This document shows, in pieces, positions 8,783 to 18,252 of a stretch of 45,040 nt of DNA; position 1 is the stretch's first letter, and the number at the start of each line of letters is the position of its first letter. Below the pieces are notes generated by a model. It had not been told where the DNA came from. It saw nothing but the letters and a program-made list of their open reading frames with translations, and did no database searches. Source of the DNA: a plasmid. A program made the position numbers and the translations under genes. Location of the stretch: the sequence record NZ_CP133434.1. The stretch is one strand, 5' to 3'.

Positions 8783-11700
8783 ATGCCCGTTGACTTTCTG
8801 ACCACTGAGCAGACTGAAAGCTATGGCAGATTCACCGGTGAACCGGATGAGCTTCAGCTGGCACGATATTTTCACCTTGATGAAGCAGACAAGGAATTTA
8901 TCGGAAAAAGCAGAGGTGATCACAACCGTCTGGGCATTGCCCTGCAAATTGGATGTGTCCGTTTTCTGGGCACCTTCCTCACCGATATGAATCATATTCC
9001 TTCCGGCGTCCGGCATTTTACCGCCAGACAGCTCGGGATTCGTGATATCACCGTTCTTGCAGAATACGGTCAGAGGGAAAATACCCGCCGTGAGCATGCA
9101 GCGCTGATACGTCAGCACTATCAGTATCGTGAATTTGCCTGGCCCTGGACATTTCGCCTTACCCGTCTTTTATATACCCGGAGCTGGATAAGCAACGAAC
9201 GTCCTGGCCTGCTTTTCGATCTGGCGACAGGGTGGCTTATGCAACATCGTATTATTCTCCCCGGAGCCACTACGCTGACCCGGTTGATTTCAGAGGTAAG
9301 GGAAAAGGCGACGTTGCGCCTGTGGAACAAACTGGCACTGATACCGTCAGCCGAACAGCGTTCACAGCTGGAGATGCTGCTGGGGCCAACTGATTGCAGC
9401 CGCCTGTCTTTACTGGAATCACTGAAAAAGGGCCCTGTGACCATCAGTGGTCCGGCGTTTAATGAAGCAATTGAACGCTGGAAAACTCTGAACGATTTTG
9501 GCCTGCATGCTGAAAACCTGAGTACACTCCCGGCTGTGCGCCTGAAAAATCTCGCACGTTATGCTGGTATGACTTCGGTGTTCAATATTGCCAGGATGTC
9601 ACCGCAGAAAAGGATGGCGGTTCTGGTTGCCTTTGTCCTTGCATGGGAAACGCTGGCGCTGGATGATGCATTGGACGTTCTGGACGCCATGCTGGCCGTT
9701 ATCATCCGTGACGCCAGAAAGATTGGGCAGAAAAAACGGCTCCGCTCGCTGAAGGATCTGGATAAATCTGCATTGGCGCTCGCCAGCGCATGTTCGTACC
9801 TGCTGAAAGAAGAAACACCGGACGAATCGATTCGTGCTGAGGTGTTCAGCTACATCCCAAGGCAAAAGCTGGCTGAAATCATCACGCTTGTCCGTGAAAT
9901 TGCCCGGCCCTCAGACGATAATTTTCATGAAGAAATGGTGGAGCAGTACGGGCGCGTTCGTCGTTTCCTGCCCCATCTGCTGAATACCGTTAAATTTTCA
10001 TCCGCACCTGCCGGGGTTACCACTCTGAATGCCTGTGACTACCTCAGCCGGGAGTTCAGCTCACGGCGGCAGTTTTTTGACGACGCACCAACGGAAATTA
10101 TCAGTCGGTCATGGAAACGGCTGGTGATTAACAAGGAAAAACATATCACCCGCAGGGGATACACGCTCTGCTTTCTCAGTAAACTGCAGGATAGTCTGAG
10201 GCGGAGGGATGTCTACGTTACCGGCAGTAACCGGTGGGGAGATCCTCGTGCAAGATTACTACAGGGTGCTGACTGGCAGGCAAACCGGATTAAGGTTTAT
10301 CGTTCTTTGGGGCACCCGACAGACCCGCAGGAAGCAATAAAATCTCTGGGTCATCAGCTTGATAGTCGTTACAGACAGGTTGCTGCACGTCTTTGCGAAA
10401 ATGAGGCTGTCGAACTCGATGTTTCTGGCCCGAAGCCCCGGTTGACAATTTCTCCCCTCGCCAGTCTTGATGAGCCGGACAGTCTGAAACGACTGAGCAA
10501 AATGATCAGTGATCTACTCCCTCCGGTGGATTTAACGGAGTTGCTGCTCGAAATTAACGCCCATACCGGATTTGCTGATGAGTTTTTCCATGCTAGTGAA
10601 GCCAGTGCCAGAGTTGATGATCTGCCCGTCAGCATCAGCGCCGTGCTGATGGCTGAAGCCTGCAATATCGGTCTGGAACCACTGATCAGATCAAATGTTC
10701 CTGCACTGACCCGACACCGGCTGAACTGGACAAAAGCGAACTATCTGCGGGCTGAAACTATCACCAGCGCTAATGCCAGACTGGTTGATTTTCAGGCAAC
10801 GCTGCCACTGGCACAGATATGGGGTGGAGGAGAAGTGGCATCTGCAGATGGAATGCGCTTTGTTACGCCAGTCAGAACAATCAATGCCGGACCGAACCGC
10901 AAATACTTTGGTAATAACAGAGGGATCACCTGGTACAACTTTGTGTCCGATCAGTATTCCGGCTTTCATGGCATCGTTATACCGGGGACGCTGAGGGACT
11001 CTATCTTTGTGCTGGAAGGTCTTCTGGAACAGGAGACCGGGCTGAATCCAACCGAAATTATGACCGATACAGCAGGTGCCAGCGAACTTGTCTTTGGCCT
11101 TTTCTGGCTGCTGGGATACCAGTTTTCTCCACGCCTGGCTGATGCCGGTGCTTCGGTTTTCTGGCGAATGGACCATGATGCCGACTATGGCGTGCTGAAT
11201 GATATTGCCAGAGGGCAATCAGATCCCCGAAAAATAGTCCTTCAGTGGGACGAAATGATCCGGACCGCTGGCTCCCTGAAGCTGGGCAAAGTACAGGTTT
11301 CAGTGCTGGTCCGTTCATTGCTGAAAAGTGAACGTCCTTCCGGACTGACTCAGGCAATCATTGAAGTGGGGCGCATCAACAAAACGCTGTATCTGCTTAA
11401 TTATATTGATGATGAAGATTACCGCCGGCGCATTCTGACCCAGCTTAATCGGGGAGAAAGTCGCCATGCCGTTGCCAGAGCCATCTGTCACGGTCAAAAA
11501 GGTGAGATAAGAAAACGATATACCGACGGTCAGGAAGATCAACTGGGCACACTGGGGCTGGTCACTAACGCCGTCGTGTTATGGAACACTATTTATATGC
11601 AGGCAGCCCTGGATCATCTCCGGGCGCAGGGTGAAACACTGAATGATGAAGATATCGCACGCCTCTCCCCGCTTTGCCACGGACATATCAATATGCTCGG

Positions 11701-11788
11701 CCATTATTCCTTCACGCTGGCAGAACTGGTGACCAAAGGACATCTGAGACCATTAAAAGAGGCGTCAGAGGCAGAAAACGTTGCTTAA
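8783..11788 (+). CDS. tnpA: Tn3-family transposase TnpA
   Basis: Starts MPVDFLTTEQTESYGRF at ATG 8783. The track ORF has a spurious 53-codon N-terminal extension. Confidence 0.92.
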   Translation: MPVDFLTTEQTESYGRFTGEPDELQLARYFHLDEADKEFIGKSRGDHNRLGIALQIGCVRFLGTFLTDMNHIPSGVRHFTARQLGIRDITVLAEYGQRENTRREHAALIRQHYQYREFAWPWTFRLTRLLYTRSWISNERPGLLFDLATGWLMQHRIILPGATTLTRLISEVREKATLRLWNKLALIPSAEQRSQLEMLLGPTDCSRLSLLESLKKGPVTISGPAFNEAIERWKTLNDFGLHAENLSTLPAVRLKNLARYAGMTSVFNIARMSPQKRMAVLVAFVLAWETLALDDALDVLDAMLAVIIRDARKIGQKKRLRSLKDLDKSALALASACSYLLKEETPDESIRAEVFSYIPRQKLAEIITLVREIARPSDDNFHEEMVEQYGRVRRFLPHLLNTVKFSSAPAGVTTLNACDYLSREFSSRRQFFDDAPTEIISRSWKRLVINKEKHITRRGYTLCFLSKLQDSLRRRDVYVTGSNRWGDPRARLLQGADWQANRIKVYRSLGHPTDPQEAIKSLGHQLDSRYRQVAARLCENEAVELDVSGPKPRLTISPLASLDEPDSLKRLSKMISDLLPPVDLTELLLEINAHTGFADEFFHASEASARVDDLPVSISAVLMAEACNIGLEPLIRSNVPALTRHRLNWTKANYLRAETITSANARLVDFQATLPLAQIWGGGEVASADGMRFVTPVRTINAGPNRKYFGNNRGITWYNFVSDQYSGFHGIVIPGTLRDSIFVLEGLLEQETGLNPTEIMTDTAGASELVFGLFWLLGYQFSPRLADAGASVFWRMDHDADYGVLNDIARGQSDPRKIVLQWDEMIRTAGSLKLGKVQVSVLVRSLLKSERPSGLTQAIIEVGRINKTLYLLNYIDDEDYRRRILTQLNRGESRHAVARAICHGQKGEIRKRYTDGQEDQLGTLGLVTNAVVLWNTIYMQAALDHLRAQGETLNDEDIARLSPLCHGHINMLGHYSFTLAELVTKGHLRPLKEASEAENVA

Positions 11789-11830
11789 CGTGAGTTTTCG
11801 TTCCACTGAGCGTCAGACCCCAACTTAAAC

Positions 11831-11875
11831 ATGGCTGGCTGAGAGGCCAGCCATGTTCAGTGAGTTTTGTTTCGA
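11831..11875 (+). terminator. Rho-independent terminator separated from its upstream ORF by the Tn3 insertion
   Basis: atggctggc-tgagag-gccagccat stem-loop followed by a T-rich tract. Confidence 0.45.
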
Positions 11876-11973
11876 ATGGACAGAATTACCTGAGTGTCCA
11901 ACCCATTGCGGCGCAGGGATAAAGCTGTAAACTTTTACTGATGAACAAAGTAGCCCGTTGGGCATAAGACAAC

Positions 11974-12324
11974 ATGGAGCAAACCTTGGCTAAGGTAACC
12001 AGAATTCAGGCCGGAAGATACGCAGTCGATGATGGGCGTTGCATTATAAAAAATAACTCTGGGTGGCTTATTGTCGATGCTAATGGCGCTCATGATTTTG
12101 GACCTGTCCCCACATTAGCAGCAGCTAAGGAATATGTTGAGTCTGGTACTGTTCCGCTAAGGCAGCACAATTTTTCTACATCTCATGGTCGAAGACAAAG
12201 TAAAAAAGAATTTAATGCGTATTTGGCATCTGAAGCTAAAAATGGCAATCCAATGCCAGCCATTCTTTGGATAATTGTCCTTTGCATCATCTGCGGCATT
12301 GTAGTTGCAGTTCGAGGTTATTAA
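11974..12324 (+). CDS. Hypothetical protein with C-terminal TM anchor
   Basis: 116 aa. The C-terminus is AILWIIVLCIICGIVVAVRGY. Confidence 0.4.
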   Translation: MEQTLAKVTRIQAGRYAVDDGRCIIKNNSGWLIVDANGAHDFGPVPTLAAAKEYVESGTVPLRQHNFSTSHGRRQSKKEFNAYLASEAKNGNPMPAILWIIVLCIICGIVVAVRGY

Positions 12325-12407
12325 TCTTGGACAGAAAATGCTGTATGTCCAGTCAGCCGGAGAATTATACTAGCGACCATGATCATCACAGGAAGAACGC
12401 GTAACAG

Positions 12408-12917
12408 ATGGCAACTGAGTGGGTAGATGTGGCTGATAATGCCGTTAAAATTGGGCTGGGTGCATTAATCACCATTGTTGGTGGCTGGATTACACTGAAA
12501 TTAACACACTGCCACGAAATAAGAAAAGATGCAATAGCTCAGCGACTGCGGGATATAGATAAAAAAACTGACCGCTATATAGATTTTCTTTCTTCATCGC
12601 AAACGCTAATGCAGAAATATCTTTATGAATCATGTGATCCAGGTAGCGAGGACTACACCAATTATATGCGGTTGCATAATATTGTAAGCCTGACATCCTC
12701 CCCTGAATTGCGAATCTATGCTTTTGATACTCAGTCCAAAGTATCGCAATTTATCCTGCTCAGAAAGCCCAACGAACCAGAGGTTATTGATTCCTGTCGC
12801 AATGCCGCGAGAAACGCCGTTTCTGTGCTTCAGGGGGCAGTGAGTGCTGAATTGCTTCAGGATAAAGCAGCACTTCAGGACAAACAACATGCATGGTGGG
12901 CTTTCTGGCGAAAATAA
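12408..12917 (+). CDS. Hypothetical protein with N-terminal TM helix
   Basis: 169 aa. Residues 14-30 are hydrophobic. Confidence 0.4.
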   Translation: MATEWVDVADNAVKIGLGALITIVGGWITLKLTHCHEIRKDAIAQRLRDIDKKTDRYIDFLSSSQTLMQKYLYESCDPGSEDYTNYMRLHNIVSLTSSPELRIYAFDTQSKVSQFILLRKPNEPEVIDSCRNAARNAVSVLQGAVSAELLQDKAALQDKQHAWWAFWRK

Positions 12918-13022
12918 AGCAGAACAGTGGAGGAAGAGCCATTTATCCAAGTAGCGAAAGACAGTTAAAGCCTTGGGAAAAAATGTCGATAATCCGAGCA
13001 ATATTCTATCGTAGGAAGAAAA

Positions 13023-14924
13023 ATGGAAATAGTATCATTTAAAGTTTCTCAGTATAGGTCTATTTCAGGGGAGATATCCTCTGATAACTTTAATGGATTA
13101 ACCATTGTTGGGCAAAACAACAGTGGTAAAACAAACCTATTAAAAGCTATGAGGGTTTTTTTTGAAGGAAAATTTAATCCTGACTTATATGACTATGAAA
13201 AAGATAAGCCACATGGTGTTAAGCAAGGACAAACTAGTTTTGCTGTAAGATTTACTTTTTCTGAAAGTGAGCTAGATGATGTCTCTGAGGATTTGAGCCA
13301 AGACGATGATGATGACGATGATGACTCGATTATTGAACTTGGTGTTTTAGGGGAGCAAGAAGAACCTAGTAATTCTATTTCATTTGATGATGGCAGCTCT
13401 AAACAACAAGAATCAAAACCAACTCAATCAAGAGGCAGAAAGCTAAGTTTGAGAGATAGATATTTGCAGCTGTTTAACATGATTGATGACTCCAGGTTAA
13501 ATTCACCTCAAAACGAAGTGACCGTACATCTGACAATATCTAATAAAAACAATTACTTTTACACTGTCTTTAAAGGTTACAAGAGGAAACCTGAAGTAAC
13601 TTCCTCCATGTATACATCTGTTGAAAGAAGGTTCATAGAAAAAATACTTTCTAGTTTTGAGTGTGTGTATATACCATCGTCAAAAAGTATTGATGATATA
13701 TATCATAATCTATTAGTTCCATATGTTAGGAGTGAAGTAGCTTCAGCCATGAAAACATCGGTTCAAGTGATTCATGATAAACTGTTGGAAGTGTCTGAAA
13801 AGATAACAAATGAAATGATTCTAAGCGGTATAGATGACTGTAGCTTTATGATTAAAGCTCCGCCATCTCTTGATGAGTTATTTGGTCGCTTTGAGGTTTC
13901 AATAAAAGATACTATTGAGAATGTGATATCGAGTAAAGGTATGGGGCTACAATGCTTATCTTTATTTTCTTCATTTAAATCTATTTCAGAGAGAAAACTT
14001 ACTCTAGGTAAGAAAACGATTTGGATGGTTGAGGAGCCTGAGTCTTTCTTGCATCCCTCATTAGGCCGGTCATGTAATCACATTTTCAAATCACTGATGG
14101 ATGTTGCTTATGTTCTTATTACAACTCATTCCTTATCATTTGTCAGTGATGAGCCAAGTAAGATCATTGAGTTATATAAAGATGACGCCGGTGTTACAAA
14201 AGATAAAAAGCATGAAAAAAGATTTAATGCAGTTGCAAGCATAAGAGAAAATCTTGGGGTCAGATTTTCTGATTTCTTTAACATATCAAGTAGTGCAGTT
14301 TTCGTTGAAGGTATCACCGACAAACAATATATAGAATCAATATTGAAATTGACATCTGAAGATGATGAGTTTAAGAACAGATGGCCTTTTCTGAGGAGTG
14401 CTAAAGTTGATGAGTTTGGTGGAGTCAGTCAACTTGGGGGATTCTTGAAAGGGTGCTACGAGTTTATTTCTAAAGATGTCCCCGTAATATCTGTTTTTGA
14501 CGGTGATGAAGCTGGGGTCAAAGAAAGAACCAGATTACAAAGCTACTTTGGTAAAAAACAAATTAGATTTGAGTCAAATAAAGACTATATTTCTGTAAGA
14601 AGTGGTTTTGCTATTGAAGGCCTCTTCCCTGACGATTTCATTTCTGACGCAATGGAAACCCATCCGTCGTGGTTTATCGGAGGAAAATCTGTTGATGCCG
14701 ATGATGTAATTGAACCATTCAAAGTGCAAGATAATAAAAAAACTAACTTATTAAATTTCTTCCTGGAAAAATGTCGTGTTCAACCTATATGCGGTTGGAT
14801 TTCTCGGTGGGAAAAGGTGTTTAACGTCATAGACTCAGCCTTGCGAGATAAAAGTGAATCCATCACAAACAAAAAACGAACCGAAGATATTTCCGGTAAC
14901 ACTTCAGATCATCAAGCTGCATAA
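13023..14924 (+). CDS. OLD-family (or fused PARIS AriAB-like) ABC-type ATPase plus Toprim nuclease, candidate anti-phage protein
   Basis: Walker A GQNNSGKTNLLKAM. ABC signature/Walker B region IWMVEEPESFLHP with H-loop ITTHS. C-terminal Toprim VFVEGITDKQYIE with ISVFDGDEAG. A poly-Asp insert DDDDDDDD is present. AT-rich. Confidence 0.7.
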   Translation: MEIVSFKVSQYRSISGEISSDNFNGLTIVGQNNSGKTNLLKAMRVFFEGKFNPDLYDYEKDKPHGVKQGQTSFAVRFTFSESELDDVSEDLSQDDDDDDDDSIIELGVLGEQEEPSNSISFDDGSSKQQESKPTQSRGRKLSLRDRYLQLFNMIDDSRLNSPQNEVTVHLTISNKNNYFYTVFKGYKRKPEVTSSMYTSVERRFIEKILSSFECVYIPSSKSIDDIYHNLLVPYVRSEVASAMKTSVQVIHDKLLEVSEKITNEMILSGIDDCSFMIKAPPSLDELFGRFEVSIKDTIENVISSKGMGLQCLSLFSSFKSISERKLTLGKKTIWMVEEPESFLHPSLGRSCNHIFKSLMDVAYVLITTHSLSFVSDEPSKIIELYKDDAGVTKDKKHEKRFNAVASIRENLGVRFSDFFNISSSAVFVEGITDKQYIESILKLTSEDDEFKNRWPFLRSAKVDEFGGVSQLGGFLKGCYEFISKDVPVISVFDGDEAGVKERTRLQSYFGKKQIRFESNKDYISVRSGFAIEGLFPDDFISDAMETHPSWFIGGKSVDADDVIEPFKVQDNKKTNLLNFFLEKCRVQPICGWISRWEKVFNVIDSALRDKSESITNKKRTEDISGNTSDHQAA

Positions 14925-14997
14925 TCGATTGTGTGCACCAAGGTTGCACATACACCTGATTAATCAAGAGTGAGACCATAACAAGCCTATATCAGAT

Positions 14998-15030
14998 AAC
15001 AGCCCTCTTCATAAGAGGGCTGTCTTTTTC
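14998..15030 (+). terminator. Rho-independent terminator after the OLD-like gene
   Basis: acagccctctt-cat-aagagggctgt followed by ctttttc. Confidence 0.6.
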
Positions 15031-15310
15031 GCGGGCATCGTACTTGGGTTCCACTTGGAAAATGGAAAACATCCTACGCTAAGAGCGTTTTTTAAACAAC
15101 CGGCTTGTTGGTTTTTACGAGATACTGTGCAGTTGAAGGAACAAGATAAAGGAATTAAAGACCCTTTAGTACCATACTTTCATGAAATTTTCCCATATTT
15201 TCTTTTAGATCGTGCAACAGCGAAAAGACGTAGGAATTGGCTTGATTAGCCGCAATACTATTTCTGGACAGAATGGCGAGGAATTAAACGAGAGGCGTAA
15301 AAAAGGCCGC

Positions 15311-15490
15311 TTACGCGACCTCAGCCTTTTGCGGTTTTGGCTTGGTGATATACCACGATAGACAACCGACAATAAAACTCATGAACATTCCAGTAAAACG
15401 ATCATCGATGCCTGGAAACAGGCAACCGACAAACATCGCAACAGGGAAAGGAAGAAGTAAACAGCGCCCCAAAATGCTCATAAAATCCAT
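15311..15490 (-). CDS. Small hydrophobic membrane protein (59 aa) immediately downstream of toxin module 2
   Basis: Strong SD aaggaggtg 5 nt before ATG (MDFMSILGR...). Preceded by the hairpin gggcaggaagtgcaccgcttcctgccc. Confidence 0.35.
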   Translation of the reverse strand: MDFMSILGRCLLLPFPVAMFVGCLFPGIDDRFTGMFMSFIVGCLSWYITKPKPQKAEVA

Positions 15491-15556
15491 AACACCTCCT
15501 TTGTTAAAGGGCAGGAAGCGGTGCACTTCCTGCCCTTAGTTACGTTTCCGCAGTCA

Positions 15557-15652
15557 TCAATCGATGAACTGACGGATCAGTTCCAGAACTGCAATCAGCG
15601 CGTTTGCAAGCGCAGCTACCGCCCTCAGAACGATGATTAACAGGTTAATCAT
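15557..15652 (-). CDS. DinQ/TisB-like type I toxin paralog (31 aa, MINLLIIVLRAVAALANALIAVLELIRQFID)
   Basis: Hand translation. The SD sits inside the hairpin ctccatttatggag, as in module 1. Confidence 0.5.
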   Translation of the reverse strand: MINLLIIVLRAVAALANALIAVLELIRQFID

Positions 15653-15957
15653 CCGTTTTCTCCATAAATGGAGTAAAGACACCGTGGCTTGCTCTTACGC
15701 TGCCTGTCACCACGGCTTCTCTTCGTCTTGTCAGTTGTAGAGAGTCTCACTCCTACCAGAGCACAGATAACCAGCACCACCTGTATTACCTGTCAGGACT
15801 TTGAAGCTGTTCATGCCGCATTTAGCGGAATGCAGGGAAAGACTCACCACAGCACTAACCCTCTGATTATACGTTTATCTAACTTTCAAGCAAACCGTTA
15901 ACGCGTAGTCACCGCCTGTCATATTGCATAATCAGGCTTCACGGATTATCATACTGT

Positions 15958-16050
15958 TGTCAGTTGTAGAGAGTTTCTCTTCCGGGCGAGTTACCAGCTC
16001 GTACCGGAACTGTAAAAAAGCCGACCTCACCAGTCGGTTTTTTTACGTCT
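15958..16050 (+). ncRNA. Candidate agrB-like antisense sRNA (second of two tandem repeats) with terminator
   Basis: Repeat unit beginning gtcagttgtagagagt (also at 15730). Terminator ccgacctcaccagtcgg plus T7 at 16018-16048. Confidence 0.3.
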
Positions 16051-16212
16051 GCAGTTTCCCGCTTCATTTAGATCTATTTTAAATGAATAAATTTTCTGCG
16101 GCAAACCCAACGACGTTGGGTCGTTAGTGTAAATAATTGTTCAAAACTCATAAACACTCCTTTGTTAAAGGGCAGGAAGCGGTAAACGTCTCTCCCTTAG
16201 TTAAGCCATCAA

Positions 16213-16296
16213 TCACTCGATTAGTTTCTGAATGGCAATCAGCGCGTTTGCAATGGCGAGCACAGCCCTGAGAACGATGATTAACAGATTCATCAT
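16213..16296 (-). CDS. DinQ-like type I toxin paralog (27 aa, MMNLLIIVLRAVLAIANALIAIQKLIE)
   Basis: Hand translation. No SD hairpin is recognisable, so this copy is possibly degenerate. Confidence 0.4.
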   Translation of the reverse strand: MMNLLIIVLRAVLAIANALIAIQKLIE

Positions 16297-16614
16297 CCGT
16301 TTCTCTAGGTTGATACTGGAGGAAGTCACCGTAGCTTGCTCATACATCCCTGTCACAACGGCTCTCTCACATTGTTGGATGTAGAGTACCTTCCCTCTAC
16401 CAGAGCACTGAACACAGCACCACCCGTTTGTTCAGCCAGGACTTTAATTCGTTCATCCCCAGATAGCGCAGGGGTTAGAAGCAAGGGAGACACACTGTAC
16501 AGCGCCAACACAAAGATTATACAGATGCATGCATAAAATTCATTTAAAGAAATTACCATTGACAGACAATCTGAAGTCAAACTAGACAACAGGTGTCTAG
16601 TGCCATAATACTAT

Positions 16615-16712
16615 GAGTGTTGGGTGTAGAGTATCTTCCTCCAGTCAGAGCCACCAACTCAAGGCTGGAAAACACAAAAAAGCCAAATTACCAGTCGGTT
16701 TTTTTTGTGCTT
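16615..16712 (+). ncRNA. Candidate agrB-like antisense sRNA, a copy of the 5281-5375 element
   Basis: ~85% identical to 5281-5375. Preceded by TAGACA...CATAAT promoter-like hexamers flanking the palindrome ctagacaacaggtgtctag. Confidence 0.3.
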
Positions 16713-16916
16713 GTCGTTCAGCTGTACTTCCGTTTTTTCCCCCTTCATTGAAGAAGTAGTAGGCAGAGCAGAAATGACTTCATGAATTATTTTTATAGAC
16801 CGTCCTGTAAAAGTTTAAGTCATAAAGCCATGCAGAATGCTCACCTCCCAAGATCTTGGTTTTTATAAGGTGTAATGATAATGTAAGCTAATGTTTCACA
16901 TACCAAAGGAAATACC

Positions 16917-18245
16917 ATGAGCCGCAGGGAATTGTTCAGCGAATTTCTTGAAAATTTGAATCTTGACCTTAAACAGGCAAAAAAGATCAGCTATCACTAT
17001 CGAAAAATAACCAAGTCATTAAATCTTGCGTTCAGAGGAACGAGTTCCCGGGTAGCAAACCGCTTGAAAGTGGGGTCAGTAGGCAGACATACTGCAATAA
17101 AAGGCATATCCGATCTGGACATGCTTTATATTATGCCCCCCAATCAGTATGAATATTATAACCGTAAGGATAATGGTCAGGCTGCATTGCTTACAGATGT
17201 CAGAAACATTTTAGCGGAAGAATATCCTGACCAGACGGTGAAAAAGGACAGACTGGTTGTTCAGATCATCTTTAAAAACTTTTATGTCGAGGTTCAACCT
17301 GTATTCAGACAGGATGATGGCAGCTTTAAATTCCCTGAAAGCTATAATGGGGGAGCATGGCGCATTACAAAACCTCTTCACGAAAAGGCGGCTATGACCG
17401 CATTTTCGCGAGATAAATCCAATAATCTGCGCAAGCTGTGTAAAATGATCAGAGCCTGGAAGAACCTGCATGGCGTCAATATGGGGGGCTTACTGATAGA
17501 TACACTGGCGTATCGATTTCTTTCATCAACATCAGATTATGACAATACCGGAAATGGCAGCCTGGGAGCCCTCGCCAGAGACTTTTTTGAATATCTGTCA
17601 AATGAGGAGAAAAGGGAAAGGTATCTCGCGTTAGGCAGTAATCAGTATGTACGTGTTAAATCTCCCTGGTTTGGCCGGGCAGCGAAACATGCGTATGAAT
17701 TATGTTGTGATGCCTTAGACGCTGAGGGGTCTGCCAGTGAAAATGACCTCTGGCGCGAAGTGTTCGGACGAGCCTTCCCCAGACGTAAGGTGGGTATTAT
17801 GGAAGCCAGCCTTGGTCTGGAATCGCATGCGGCAGATGCAGCTCCCTGGATCGATACCGAAGAATTTATAGAGGATAAATATCCGGTGGATATCAGGCAC
17901 TCACTCAACCTTGACTGTACCGTAACCCAAGATGGTTTCCCTCCCAGAAGCCTGAGAGAGATGCTTACTAGAGGATTTCGCCTCTCCGCTCGGAAATCTC
18001 TCCTTTTCCGGGCAGACTTGACAGAAATGGAGGCAGAGGAACCCTACACCGTTATGTGGAAGGTACTGAACGTGGGTGACGAAGCACGCAGAAGAAATAT
18101 GATCCGGGGACAAATCGTTTCGGACGGCGGCTACTGTACAAAGAAAGAGGCCACCGACTTCCGCGGAGATCACGTGGTAGAATGCTATGTGATAAAAAAT
18201 GAGGTTGTGGTTGCCCGGGCCCAGATTGAAGTTCCCATAAACTGA
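16917..18245 (+). CDS. SMODS / CD-NTase-like nucleotidyltransferase (CBASS-type cyclase) with a C-terminal extension
   Basis: Pol-beta NTase signature GSVGRHTAIKGISDLDMLYIM (GS...DxD). Third acidic motif at VEVQP. SD aagga. AT-rich upstream region. Confidence 0.6.
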   Translation: MSRRELFSEFLENLNLDLKQAKKISYHYRKITKSLNLAFRGTSSRVANRLKVGSVGRHTAIKGISDLDMLYIMPPNQYEYYNRKDNGQAALLTDVRNILAEEYPDQTVKKDRLVVQIIFKNFYVEVQPVFRQDDGSFKFPESYNGGAWRITKPLHEKAAMTAFSRDKSNNLRKLCKMIRAWKNLHGVNMGGLLIDTLAYRFLSSTSDYDNTGNGSLGALARDFFEYLSNEEKRERYLALGSNQYVRVKSPWFGRAAKHAYELCCDALDAEGSASENDLWREVFGRAFPRRKVGIMEASLGLESHAADAAPWIDTEEFIEDKYPVDIRHSLNLDCTVTQDGFPPRSLREMLTRGFRLSARKSLLFRADLTEMEAEEPYTVMWKVLNVGDEARRRNMIRGQIVSDGGYCTKKEATDFRGDHVVECYVIKNEVVVARAQIEVPIN

Positions 18246-18252
18246 GGTTTTT

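Noticed and set aside
15055-15249. 64-aa plus-strand ORF after the OLD terminator
   Set aside because: No SD and low coding plausibility. Lies in an intergenic region between a terminator and the minus-strand small-protein gene.
16559-16600. Palindrome ctagacaacaggtgtctag considered as a LexA box
   Set aside because: Does not fit CTGT-N8-ACAG spacing. Kept only as a possible promoter/operator feature of the sRNA.
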